Source: Planctomycetota bacterium
GTDB taxonomy: Bacteria > Planctomycetota > MHYJ01 > JACPRB01
NCBI GenBank assembly: GCA_016209705.1
Contig: JACQVR010000065.1
Location: 965 to 64,964 of the forward strand
DNA length: 64,000 nt
Direction of reading: 5' to 3'
Positions 1 to 9,321 of the stretch are shown one piece after another. The translations under genes and the position numbers were made by a program. The first letter of the stretch is position 1. Every line of letters starts with the position of its first letter. Under the pieces are notes generated by a model that did no database searches, had not been told where the DNA came from, and saw nothing but the letters and a program-made list of their open reading frames with translations.

Positions 1-154
1 CGCCGTGAGGTTCGCGGTCGCTCATCTTGTTTTTCCGGGCCCTTTTAATACCACAAGAGGAGGATGCGCTTTCAGAGTCCGAAGCGGGGGGGCGCCGGCA
101 TCCCCCCTCGCTTCGGCGGCAAGTGCCGCGCCCCGCAATCTTGTGACCGGATGG

Positions 155-262
155 GACGGGGCGCGGAGTCGCGAGTCGCGGGTCCCGAGTCGTGAGTCGC
201 GTTCCCCTGTGGGCGGCTATCCGACTCGGGACTCTCGACTCGAGACTCGGGACACCGCCGCT
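155..262. repeat. Imperfect long inverted repeat built from tandem GAGTCGC/GAGTCGT-type heptamers (arms ~35 nt) around a GC-rich centre, upstream of porin gene
   Basis: Read directly: ggagtcgcgagtcgcgggtcccgagtcgtgagtcgcg ... cgactcgggactctcgactcgagactcggga; right arm is the reverse complement of tandem cgagtc units in the left arm. Confidence 0.6.
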
Positions 263-319
263 CACCATCTGATCACTCTCCTGCGGGCGGCGGTAGTAAG
301 GGCGGCGGGGCGGAAGACG

Positions 320-1693
320 ATGGCCGCGGGGGTCGGCGTCCTGTGGCTGGCCTGCTCGCTTCGGGCGTGGGCCGCGCAAGAGCCGGCGCAGGAGGAGACT
401 CCGAAACCGGCGCCGGAGAAGCCGACTCAAAACGAATACTTCGGCATCCCCGTATCGGGGACTTTTTCCACGAAATATCGCGGCCGCTGGACGAGCGAGG
501 ATCGGGATCAGGATCTCTTTCATTACTTGTCGGTGGATTTCGGCGATCCCGCCCGACAGGACGTGACGGGACATCTCCTACTTCGAGCCACGCAGGATGT
601 GGATGGAGATCGCAATCCCGACGAGTTCTTCGCCTTCACCGACATCACGAATACCTTCAGCAATCGGAACAACGGCCGGCTGTACTACGCTTATCTGGAT
701 GTGACGCATGCGGGGCCGCTGGATCTGGCTCGCGCCGGCAGGCAATTCCTCTATGAAACCCCGGCGCTCTTTTACTTCGACGGCTTTCGGCTCGATTCGA
801 AGCCGTGCGCGGAGGTGAAGAATCTGCAAGTGGGCCTGTACGGCGGCGTCCCGGTTCATATGTATGAATCATCGGCGGGGGGCGACCTCTTGGCCGGAGC
901 GTATCTGGAAGCGCAGCCGTGGAAGGGAGCGAAGGCGCGCGTGGACTATGCCCGGATCCGCGACGATTACCTTTTCGGCACGCAGCGGGACGACCTCTGG
1001 GGAGCGAGCCTGCGGCAATCGCTGGGGGAGATTTTGATCTTGCACGGCCAGTACACGCGCCTGGAAGCGGAAAGCCGGGACCTGCTCCTGCGCGCCAACT
1101 TCTACGAACGGAGCCTGGATCTTCGGGTCGACCTCTCGTGGTACCACCTGTACAACTCCCAGAAGATCCTTTCCATCGAAACGGATTTCTTCTTTTCGTC
1201 CGCCTTTGATTATTTCCCCTACGATCAGGCGCGGCTCCTGGTCGCCAAAGGCGTCGGAGAGTACCTGGTGGTGCAGGGGGGGGTGGACGTCCGCGAGCTC
1301 GACGACGACGCCAAGGAAGCGACGTTCAATCGCGAATTCCGGCGCTTCTATCTCACTCCGGTCTTTTCAAACTGGCCCGTCCCGGGCCTGAGCCTCAGCC
1401 TGACCGGCGAGGCGTGGGAGGTCCCGGGCACCGACAACGGCGACATCCGCACGGGGGGATTCGACGTTAGTCATGCCTACTCGCCACAACTGAAGCTCTC
1501 CGCCGGGGTGGCGTACGCGCTGTTCAAGTACGACTTCTTCGCGAATCTGGAGCGGGAGCGCGTGAGGACCGTGTACGGGAAAATCACCTACAAGGATTTG
1601 AACGGGTTCAAGCTGGACGTGGCCTATGAACTGGAACACGACAGCCTGGATGATTTCCGGACGCTGAAGGTTGGAGCGGCCTATTCGTTCTGA
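320..1693 (+). CDS. Outer-membrane beta-barrel protein, porin-like (candidate Pcc/OmbB-type porin); ~457 aa
   Basis: ATG at 320 inside the ORF track frame 5..1693; N-terminal signal peptide MAAGVGVLWLACSLRAWAAQ; alternating amphipathic beta-strand-like segments rich in Y/F/D/G; C-terminal residue F (GAAYSF), typical of OM beta-barrels; immediately followed by two multiheme cytochromes. Confidence 0.6.
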   Translation: MAAGVGVLWLACSLRAWAAQEPAQEETPKPAPEKPTQNEYFGIPVSGTFSTKYRGRWTSEDRDQDLFHYLSVDFGDPARQDVTGHLLLRATQDVDGDRNPDEFFAFTDITNTFSNRNNGRLYYAYLDVTHAGPLDLARAGRQFLYETPALFYFDGFRLDSKPCAEVKNLQVGLYGGVPVHMYESSAGGDLLAGAYLEAQPWKGAKARVDYARIRDDYLFGTQRDDLWGASLRQSLGEILILHGQYTRLEAESRDLLLRANFYERSLDLRVDLSWYHLYNSQKILSIETDFFFSSAFDYFPYDQARLLVAKGVGEYLVVQGGVDVRELDDDAKEATFNREFRRFYLTPVFSNWPVPGLSLSLTGEAWEVPGTDNGDIRTGGFDVSHAYSPQLKLSAGVAYALFKYDFFANLERERVRTVYGKITYKDLNGFKLDVAYELEHDSLDDFRTLKVGAAYSF

Positions 1694-1701
1694 AAACTCC
1701 A

Positions 1702-2718
1702 ATGATGAAGAAGGTGATGGTCGTCATGGCTGCGACGCTGGCGATTTCCCTTGGCGCCTGCGGGCTCTTGAAATTTCTCGGCCTCGAGAAGGAGCCGGAG
1801 CGGCCGTTCAGCCATCTGAAGCACGGAAAGGAGCAGGATCTGGAATGCCAGAGCTGCCACACGAAGGCCGCCAAGGGGGCTGAAGCCGGAATGCCCGTGA
1901 GCCTGAAGAAATGCATGTTGTGCCACGAAGGGATCGACGAGAAGCAGCCGCCGGAGCGGAAGCTGGCGGCGCTTTATCCGGGCGAAAAACCGGCTTGGTC
2001 GGAGGTGACGAAACTTCCGGACGAGGTGATCTTTTCGCACAAGGTCCATCTCGACAAGAAGGTGGGCTGCGCGGAATGCCACCGGGGGATCGAGGAGAGC
2101 GCGTCGATCACGGAAGCCGTACGGGTGCGAAAAGAAGCTTGCATGGGGTGTCACGCGGAGCGGCAGGCTTCCAACGAATGCTCCACGTGTCACACGGCGA
2201 TTCGGAAAGAGCGGTCCCCTCAGAGCCATGGATTGAGTTGGAAGGAAACGCACGGGAAGGTGGTGCGGCTCGGGATGGAAGATCCTCCCGAGAATCGCTG
2301 CTCGCTGTGTCATACGGAATCGACTTGCACGTCCTGCCACCGCGACGAGCCGCCGAAGAATCACACCCATTTCTGGCGCATCCAGGGACACGCGGTGGCG
2401 GTGGGGGTGGATCGGAGCTCCTGCGCGACCTGTCATCGAACGGACTTCTGCGACCGGTGCCACCAGGATACGCAGCCGCGCACGCACACGGCGGCCTGGG
2501 GCAGTCCTCGAAATTATCATTGCCTCTCCTGCCACACCCCGTTGCGTTCCGAAGGCTGCGCGCTGTGTCACAAGAGCACGCCGAGCCATGCCTTGGCGGC
2601 GCCCAAACCGGACTGGCACACGGAGGGGATGAACTGCCGGCAATGTCACGTGCCGGGGGGGAGCGGACCCATGCCCCACCCGGATAAGGGAGATAACTGC
2701 AATGCATGCCATCCCTAG
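1702..2718 (+). CDS. Multiheme cytochrome c, 13 CxxCH motifs in 338 aa, lipoprotein-type signal (LGAC)
   Basis: CxxCH counted in translation: CQSCH, CMLCH, CAECH, CMGCH, CSTCH, CSLCH, CTSCH, CATCH, CDRCH, CLSCH, CALCH, CRQCH, CNACH; N-term MMKKVMVVMAATLAISLGACG. Confidence 0.85.
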   Translation: MMKKVMVVMAATLAISLGACGLLKFLGLEKEPERPFSHLKHGKEQDLECQSCHTKAAKGAEAGMPVSLKKCMLCHEGIDEKQPPERKLAALYPGEKPAWSEVTKLPDEVIFSHKVHLDKKVGCAECHRGIEESASITEAVRVRKEACMGCHAERQASNECSTCHTAIRKERSPQSHGLSWKETHGKVVRLGMEDPPENRCSLCHTESTCTSCHRDEPPKNHTHFWRIQGHAVAVGVDRSSCATCHRTDFCDRCHQDTQPRTHTAAWGSPRNYHCLSCHTPLRSEGCALCHKSTPSHALAAPKPDWHTEGMNCRQCHVPGGSGPMPHPDKGDNCNACHP

Positions 2719-2863
2719 AAGCGTGTCGAGAAATTCAAGGAGATGTGGAGATATAGGGGATGTAGGAGATAAAACCACGATTCGTGGGGAGAACAGCTCC
2801 ATATCTCCGCTATCCCAACAATCTCCTAGGGAATGCGCCAAGGGTGATTCGCGGGAGGAAGCC

Positions 2864-5731
2864 ATGAACGCAAGAAGAATCCGAGCGGTGTGGCCCCTGT
2901 TGGGTGCTGTCCTATTGCTGCCGATGTGCGGCTGCCTGGATGACGGAGACGAGGGCGTTGCGGGAGATCCCGGCGCCGCCGCGCAACCGCCCCCTACCGA
3001 TACGGTGCTCGATCCCTACAAGTCGCTGCCGGGCGTGGTCCTCTCCATCATCGACGTCGCGGGGGCGTCGGGCGCAGACGGGACGTTCCAGGCGGGCGAC
3101 ACGATTCGGGTGAAATTTACCGTCAAGAAGTCCGACGGCACGGCGCTCCCGGTTTCCGAACTGGACTCCACTTCGATTTACGTCTCGGGTCCCACCTTTA
3201 ACTATCAGCGCGTGATTCCCGCCGCCAGCAACTGGCACACGTCGACGGCATCAAACTCGGACGGCTCCTACACCTACACGTTCGCCTCCGCGATTCCTGC
3301 CACGTACGCGGCTCCCTACAACGATACGAACACCTTCGGGGCCAATGACGGCGAGCTCCAGGGCCAGCCCCTTCTGGCCGGCACATACACGATCGGCATG
3401 CAAGCCTACAAGTACTACACGGTCGAAGGGGTGAATTATCGCGACGTGGGCAACGTGACGAAGGATTTCCTTTTCGGCGGGGCGACCACGCTGGAGCCCC
3501 GCGAGGCCGTGAAACTGGAAAACTGCAATCAGTGCCACGTGACCCTTCAAATGCACGGAGGCACCCGCCGGGATACGAAGCTGTGCGTCCTCTGCCACAC
3601 CGCCGGCGCGGAAGATCGAAACGTCGCCTCGGCGGCGGGAGGCACTCCGGACGTGACCATCGAGTTCAAGGTCATGATTCACAAGATCCATAACGGATTG
3701 CATCTGCCTTCCGTGCTCGGAGTGGCCACCAATCCCAACGGCACGCGTGACTACGCCGCGACGCCGAAGCCCTACAAGATCGTCGGTTACAACAACAGCA
3801 TTCATGATTACTCCGGAGTCGGCTTCCCGGTTTGGCCCAACCTGAATGTGGCGATGCCGCGCGACCAGGGGCACGTCCCTTCAACTCCCGAGGCGTCTCT
3901 GGAAGACGAGATCCGCCGCGGCGTGACCGATTGCGCCAAGTGCCACGGAGATCCGGACGGCGATGGGCCGTTGACCGCCCCCGCGCAAGGGGACCTGGCG
4001 TACGCGCAGCCGTCTCGCCGCGCCTGCGGGGCCTGTCATGACGACATCGACTGGTCGCATCCGTACATCTCCAACGGGCAGACGATGCCATCGCAGGCGA
4101 ACGATTCGGCCTGCGTTCTGTGCCACGTGTCCACGACGAACGGCCTTGACACGGTGAATGCCCACCTGCATCCGCTCAAGAACGCCGCGCTCAATCCGGG
4201 CTTGAACGTCGACATGACGGCCGCGACCCCTTCCGTGGGAACATCGCTCGATCCGGGCGAGAAGCTCGCCGTCACCTTCTCCATCAAGGACGATACCGGA
4301 ACGGATGTCCAGCCCAGCGGGATCGGGCTCAACGTCGTCGTAGCGGGGCCGACCACCAACCGGAACTTGCTCCTGTACACGTCCATTCCCACGGACGCCT
4401 TGGGAGCCATCGCGCCCAGCTACACGTTGAATGTGCCGGAGCGCGTGGCCCTGGAGGGCCTCGGACTGGCCACAGGGGGGGTGGATGTCTTCACGACGGC
4501 CCGCGCTCCGCATTGGAACTTCACGGGCGATCTTACGAGCATCTTGGAAGGCACGTTCACCGGAACGGTCACGACCCTCGCGGCGGCGTCCACGGTGTTT
4601 CAGAACTACGTGGACGCGGTCAGTTCCACCGGGTTCGCCAATAACGACTATATCGTGATCGACCGCGGCTTGGGCACGCAAGAATACCTGCGCGTCCGGC
4701 GCGTCGAAGGGAATCGGTTGTGGTTCTCCACCCGGTACGACAGCTCGGTCTCCTATCAACCCTATCTCCGGATGGCGCACGCTTCAGGCGCCGGTGTCGA
4801 GAAAGTAACGGTCGCGACCAAGGTCGAAGGCACCCAGTGGAGTTGCAACCATACGACGGGCGAGGTCACGTTGGTCGCGGGGCAATTCACGGCCGGTAAG
4901 GCGGTGATTAGCAGCTACACCACGGACTTCGTCATGCCTTCCGTCTTCCCTCCGCCGTTGAACGACTCGCCCGATCTGGACGAAACATGGGGCGAATGGG
5001 CGGGGAAGGCGATCACGAGCGGGACGTACACGGTCGGCGTATGGGGTTCGTACACCTGGACGTACAACGCTTTCGACGACGGTGTTGCGAATCACAACAA
5101 CTCGTACCGAACGACATCCCTGCCCTCTAACAAGGACTTCCTGGTCGGTTCGGCAACCACACTGGCCCCGTACTCGCTCATCGATGTGAGCGCCTCGGGC
5201 GGCCGCTGCAACGAATGTCACAACGAGATCCTCTTCCACGGCGGCAGCCGGCGCAACGTGGAGACGTGCCTCCTATGCCACGGGACGGCCGGATCCGAGG
5301 ACTGGCCCATCTACCGCTCCCCCGTTCCGGCCAATGCGACGCCCGGCGTCACGATCAACTTCAGAACGATGCTGCACAAGATCCACATGGGGGAGGAATT
5401 GGCGAATGCCTCGACCTATACCGTGAACGGCTTTAACGGCGGCGGGCATACCTATGAAGAAGTGGTCTTTCCTGCCATGCCAGGGGCGGTCAAGCACTGC
5501 GACAAGTGCCACGGCTCCTCCGCCGCCTGGAAGGCGCCCGCCGACCGCAATCATCCAACCGAGCAATTCTCGCCCGTGCGCGCGTGGAACGCCGCGTGCG
5601 GTTCATGTCACGATTCCAGCGCTGCACAAGCGCACATCGGGCTTCAGACCTTCAGCGGCTCGGAATCGTGCGCCGTCTGCCACGGGCCGGGACGGGAGTT
5701 CAATGTCGAGTTGATGCATAAGAACCGTTAG
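2864..5731 (+). CDS. Large decaheme c-type cytochrome lipoprotein (~955 aa) with internally duplicated pentaheme modules; candidate cell-surface cytochrome
   Basis: ATG 2864 preceded by gggaggaa RBS; signal + lipobox LLLPMCGC; 10 CxxCH (CNQCH, CVLCH, CAKCH, CGACH, CVLCH, CNECH, CLLCH, CDKCH, CGSCH, CAVCH); repeated module CN(Q/E)CH..(M/F)HGG(T/S)RR..C(V/L)LCH(T/G)AG(A/S)ED and MIHKIHNG / MLHKIHMG; ORF-track 5' extension to 2702 lacks RBS/signal. Confidence 0.8.
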   Translation: MNARRIRAVWPLLGAVLLLPMCGCLDDGDEGVAGDPGAAAQPPPTDTVLDPYKSLPGVVLSIIDVAGASGADGTFQAGDTIRVKFTVKKSDGTALPVSELDSTSIYVSGPTFNYQRVIPAASNWHTSTASNSDGSYTYTFASAIPATYAAPYNDTNTFGANDGELQGQPLLAGTYTIGMQAYKYYTVEGVNYRDVGNVTKDFLFGGATTLEPREAVKLENCNQCHVTLQMHGGTRRDTKLCVLCHTAGAEDRNVASAAGGTPDVTIEFKVMIHKIHNGLHLPSVLGVATNPNGTRDYAATPKPYKIVGYNNSIHDYSGVGFPVWPNLNVAMPRDQGHVPSTPEASLEDEIRRGVTDCAKCHGDPDGDGPLTAPAQGDLAYAQPSRRACGACHDDIDWSHPYISNGQTMPSQANDSACVLCHVSTTNGLDTVNAHLHPLKNAALNPGLNVDMTAATPSVGTSLDPGEKLAVTFSIKDDTGTDVQPSGIGLNVVVAGPTTNRNLLLYTSIPTDALGAIAPSYTLNVPERVALEGLGLATGGVDVFTTARAPHWNFTGDLTSILEGTFTGTVTTLAAASTVFQNYVDAVSSTGFANNDYIVIDRGLGTQEYLRVRRVEGNRLWFSTRYDSSVSYQPYLRMAHASGAGVEKVTVATKVEGTQWSCNHTTGEVTLVAGQFTAGKAVISSYTTDFVMPSVFPPPLNDSPDLDETWGEWAGKAITSGTYTVGVWGSYTWTYNAFDDGVANHNNSYRTTSLPSNKDFLVGSATTLAPYSLIDVSASGGRCNECHNEILFHGGSRRNVETCLLCHGTAGSEDWPIYRSPVPANATPGVTINFRTMLHKIHMGEELANASTYTVNGFNGGGHTYEEVVFPAMPGAVKHCDKCHGSSAAWKAPADRNHPTEQFSPVRAWNAACGSCHDSSAAQAHIGLQTFSGSESCAVCHGPGREFNVELMHKNR

Positions 5732-5781
5732 GAGGAAACGTGGCTTGCGAGTGCCGGAAGAGATGGACGCGGCGCGGGAAC

Positions 5782-6585
5782 ATGATCCTCGCTCAGGGAC
5801 TGTTCCTCTTGGCGCTGGCGTCCATCTTCTGGGCGGCGCTGGCGCGGCGCGGGCCGGCGGCCTCGATGAGCGAAACGCCGCCGCAGGACGTGCCGTCGTT
5901 GCCCCGCGGGCCGGAATCAAGCGGCCCCGTCGCGATAGAGCCTCTTTATGAAACACGAGATCCCGCTGCGGACAAAGCGGCGCGCACCCTTCTCCGCGGC
6001 GGGACCGAAAAGGCGTATGAACGCGAGTTTCGTGAAACCGCGCGGCACCGTCCGGATCGTCTCATGTCGGATATCGAAGCAACTCTGGCGGGCGAGCATC
6101 CCGACGCGCAAAAAGTCGCGGCGTTGCGCGCCGCGTACGAAGTCGGGCGGCTCGACCCGTTTCTTCGCGTGCTCGCTTCCGAGGCGGAAAGTCAGGCGCT
6201 GAGATCCTTCGCGTTGCGGTTCCTGGCCGGCAAGTCGCCACGGACGCCCTCGGCGCGCGCGCTCCTGGCCGATTATGTGAGGATGCGCCCGCCGGAGGAG
6301 GAACAACGACGCGATGCGCTGGCCGCCCTCTTGAGATGGGCGCCCGACCGCGAGCTGGCGGGATATTGGGATCTGTTGACCTTTGAGACCGCGCCGGGGG
6401 CGGCGATCGGCGCGGCGGTGGCCCTGCGCAAGAACGGGAACAATCCGACGGCCGCCGCGGCGCTTCAATACCTGGCGACCGCGCATCCTTCCGCCGAGGT
6501 CCGTCATCGAGCCGCAGAGGAACGTTCGGGCCGGTACTGTCCCGAACATGCCCAAGAGGCGGCGGACCCAGAAGGAGGGTATTGA
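5782..6585 (+). CDS. Membrane-anchored HEAT-repeat-like protein (hypothetical)
   Basis: N-terminal TM MILAQGLFLLALASIFWAAL; C-terminal HEAT/PBS-lyase-like repeats (AAIGAAVALRKNGNNPTAAAALQYLATAHPSAEVRHRAAE). Confidence 0.4.
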   Translation: MILAQGLFLLALASIFWAALARRGPAASMSETPPQDVPSLPRGPESSGPVAIEPLYETRDPAADKAARTLLRGGTEKAYEREFRETARHRPDRLMSDIEATLAGEHPDAQKVAALRAAYEVGRLDPFLRVLASEAESQALRSFALRFLAGKSPRTPSARALLADYVRMRPPEEEQRRDALAALLRWAPDRELAGYWDLLTFETAPGAAIGAAVALRKNGNNPTAAAALQYLATAHPSAEVRHRAAEERSGRYCPEHAQEAADPEGGY

Positions 6586-6667
6586 GCGATGGCGAGGAAT
6601 CGGCCGCATCGATGCGGAAAATTACGGACCTTTGCAAATTGATCATCAAGGACCGCGGTTTTCCGTG

Positions 6668-6683
6668 TGGCAAGAAGCTTGCA
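6668..6683 (+). promoter_or_regulatory. Putative sigma-54 (-24/-12) promoter TGGCAA-N5-TTGCA upstream of tetraheme cytochrome/ResB/CcsA/ACIII-like operon
   Basis: tggcaagaagcttgca matches TGGCAC-N5-TTGCW with one mismatch; the predicted TSS falls ~2 nt before ATG 6696, which conflicts with the GGAGA RBS at -9. Confidence 0.4.
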
Positions 6684-6695
6684 TGGAGATGAGTC

Positions 6696-7367
6696 ATGAA
6701 AAACAAGATTCCGGGCGGTGGGGCGGTGGCGGCGCTCCTGATCGCGATCGGCGCGGCCATGGCGGCGCCTCAAGGGCAGGATGCTGGGAACCGGTACATC
6801 GGGGTCGACAAGTGCAAGAACTGCCATGAGGCCAAGACCAAGGGAAGCCAGTTCTCGCGCTGGAAGGAGACGAAGCACGCCAAAGCCTTCGAGCTTCTCA
6901 CCGGTGATGAGGCCAAGAAAGTCGCCCAAGCCAAAGGAATCTCGGATCCGCACAAGAGCGAGAAATGCCTGAAATGCCATGTCACGGCGTTCGGCCAGCC
7001 CGCCGAACGGCTCGCCAAGGGATTCGAGCCGACCCACGGCATCCAATGCGAAAGCTGCCACGGGCCGGGCGAGAAGCATTTCAAGGTGCGCCTGGCGGCC
7101 GCGGAGGATGAGGAAGAGGGGTATGTCGAAATCCCTGACGGCGAGATCATCAAGAGCCCTCCTCTCAAAACCTGTTTGGGGTGCCACAACGAGGAGAGCC
7201 CGCAGTTCAAGCCCTTCTGCTTCAAGAAGCGGTTCAGCGAGATCCAGCATTGGGACCCTCGCAAGGAGCGAAGCGAGGCGGAAATCAAGGCCGCGCAATG
7301 CGCCTGTCCGGCGGATGGTTGCACCTGCAAGCAAGGGGAATGCGGTGAACTTCACGAGAAAAAGTGA
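6696..7367 (+). CDS. Tetraheme cytochrome c, secreted, with C-terminal Cys-rich tail
   Basis: Signal peptide MKNKIPGGGAVAALLIAIGAAMAAPQ; CKNCH, CLKCH, CESCH, CLGCH; C-term CACPADGCTCKQGECGELH. Confidence 0.8.
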   Translation: MKNKIPGGGAVAALLIAIGAAMAAPQGQDAGNRYIGVDKCKNCHEAKTKGSQFSRWKETKHAKAFELLTGDEAKKVAQAKGISDPHKSEKCLKCHVTAFGQPAERLAKGFEPTHGIQCESCHGPGEKHFKVRLAAAEDEEEGYVEIPDGEIIKSPPLKTCLGCHNEESPQFKPFCFKKRFSEIQHWDPRKERSEAEIKAAQCACPADGCTCKQGECGELHEKK

Positions 7368-9321
7368 TCACCTGAACGCGCCCGGCACGTTGCACGTCCC
7401 GCGGCTGGGACGTTCGTTGGGGCTCGCCGCGGCGCTTTGGTCGGCGCTGACGGTGATCGGGCACCTGGGCGCCGGCGATCTGTTCCGCCACATGTCGGGA
7501 CAGGCCCTTGCGGTCGGAGCGTTCGGAGGCGCCGGCGTTTTCTTTTGGATGATTCGAAAGGGCCTCTTCCGCTGGTTGACGTCGCCTTCCTTCGCCGTCT
7601 CGGCGTTTGCCTTTCTACTTCTGGCCGCCGCGGTGGGAACCGTGGTGCCCCAAGGGATGCCGGCCGAGCAATTTTCGGGACGCTACGGCGCCTGGTCGGG
7701 CGCGCTGCGGTGGGGTGGGGTGCATGACATTTCCCATTCGGTTCCCTTCCGCGGGTTTCTGGTCCTGCTGGCGATTTCGCTGGCCCTGGTGGCGATCAAG
7801 CGGAAAGCGTGGCGCCTCCCGGAATGGGGATTTCTCCTGTCTCACGCGGGTGTCATCGTCATCCTCACGGGCGGTCTGATCGGGAGCGTCTTCGGAATGA
7901 AAGGGTTCATCGACATTCACGAAGGTCAGACGGTCGAGACCGTGGCGCGGCAAGGGGAAGCGCGGCCGACGAGCGGCGTTCCCCTGGGATTCGGCTTGCG
8001 CCTGGACGATTTCGAGATCGAGAGGTATCCGCAACAATACCGCCTTTACGTGTACGCCTTGGCGGGTGACGACGCTCGTGTCGTGGGCTCGCACGACGTC
8101 CGCGTGGACTCCGAATGGCGCCCGGCCGGAGGGGCGAAGGAACAGGTCCGGGTCGTCGCCGTCTATCCCGACTTCACGCTGCGGACCGAGTTGCGCGAGA
8201 CGCCGGAGGGCGGGCCAGCGCTGGTTCTGCGGCTGGAGGAATGGGATGGCCGCACCTTCCCGGTGACTCTTCTGGCCGGAGTCGAGGGCCGCGAGACGCT
8301 CGCCTTGCGCCGGCCTCCCGCGCGGATTCGCTTCCTGTGGGAGGAGGATCCCGCCGCGCTGGGCGCCAAGCCGGAGGAGCACCTCGTCACGTTCGAGGCG
8401 GACGGCGCGTCTCCTCAAGAGACGCACGTCGAACCGGGCGGAAGCTACGCACTGGGAGAGGCTCGCTATCAGCTTGCGGTACTGTCCTATTTCCCGGACT
8501 TCGCCTATGACTCGGAGCGGCGCGAGGGTTACACGCGCTCGTCCACGCCGGGGAATCCCGCGCTGCGCGTCTCGCTAAGGGACTCGCGGTCGGGTGACGT
8601 TGAAGAGCGCTGGCTGTTCGCGAAGATGCCGGATTATGGGGGAACGCACGGTCGCGGCTCCTCCGGAGTGAAGCTCTCGTATCGGCACGTGCCGGCGCGC
8701 GAACCCATGGAACGGGAAATCGTCGTCGCCGGCCGCGCGCGCCAGGTCGTCGAATATCAACGCGCGGTCGAGACCTCGCGAACCGCGCTGCCGCCTGACG
8801 GCGAGCCGTTGGCCGAGGGATTGGATGTGACGGTCGAGCGCCTCGTGGAACGGGCGGAGGAGCTTCATTTTCCCGCGACGCGGTCGGACGTGTGGCGGCG
8901 CCCTGCGGTGGGACTTGAAATCCGCTCGGCCCGCGGAACGCAGCGAATGCTCTTGAAGGCGGGCGTCTCCGAGGCGATCCGACTTTCCGATGGGAAGACC
9001 GTTCTGGTTCTGGATCGGAAGCCGGACGACGTCAAGGCGTTCCGCAGCCGCGTCACGGTCCTCGACAAGGGAGCCGCGGCGCGCCGGGCGACGCTGTCCG
9101 TCAACCATCCGCTCTCGTACGGCGGCTATCGATTCTATCAGTCGAACTATCGGGCGGAGGATCCCACGTACTCGGGGCTCCTCGTGGTCAAGGATCCCGG
9201 GCTGGGCGTCGTGTATGCGGGATTCGGGATGATCTGTGCCGGAGTGATGTTCATCTTCTACGTGCGTCCGGCGATCCTGCGTGCGCGGATCCTCGCCCGA
9301 AGAAAGGTGCTGGAAGGATGA
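7315..9321 (+). CDS. resB: Cytochrome c biogenesis protein ResB/Ccs1 (System II); start uncertain (ATG 7315, GTG 7342 or ATG 7492)
   Basis: ResB hallmark first TM LTSPSFAVSAFAFLLLAAAVGTVVPQG, large periplasmic domain, C-terminal TM; stop overlaps ccsA start (ATGA). The ORF-track 5' extension to 6979 overlaps the cytochrome gene and is rejected. Confidence 0.75.
   Translation: MVAPASKGNAVNFTRKSDHLNAPGTLHVPRLGRSLGLAAALWSALTVIGHLGAGDLFRHMSGQALAVGAFGGAGVFFWMIRKGLFRWLTSPSFAVSAFAFLLLAAAVGTVVPQGMPAEQFSGRYGAWSGALRWGGVHDISHSVPFRGFLVLLAISLALVAIKRKAWRLPEWGFLLSHAGVIVILTGGLIGSVFGMKGFIDIHEGQTVETVARQGEARPTSGVPLGFGLRLDDFEIERYPQQYRLYVYALAGDDARVVGSHDVRVDSEWRPAGGAKEQVRVVAVYPDFTLRTELRETPEGGPALVLRLEEWDGRTFPVTLLAGVEGRETLALRRPPARIRFLWEEDPAALGAKPEEHLVTFEADGASPQETHVEPGGSYALGEARYQLAVLSYFPDFAYDSERREGYTRSSTPGNPALRVSLRDSRSGDVEERWLFAKMPDYGGTHGRGSSGVKLSYRHVPAREPMEREIVVAGRARQVVEYQRAVETSRTALPPDGEPLAEGLDVTVERLVERAEELHFPATRSDVWRRPAVGLEIRSARGTQRMLLKAGVSEAIRLSDGKTVLVLDRKPDDVKAFRSRVTVLDKGAAARRATLSVNHPLSYGGYRFYQSNYRAEDPTYSGLLVVKDPGLGVVYAGFGMICAGVMFIFYVRPAILRARILARRKVLEG

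Noticed and set aside
2702-2863. 5' extension of decaheme cytochrome ORF (MHAIPRSVSRNSRRCGD...)
   Set aside because: No RBS; the signal peptide/lipobox starts at ATG 2864, which has a gggaggaa RBS.
6979-7314. 5' extension of the ResB ORF (start 6979)
   Set aside because: Overlaps the tetraheme cytochrome gene in another frame with R/S-rich translation; ResB N-terminal TM begins near 7492, so starts at 7315/7342/7492 are the plausible ones.
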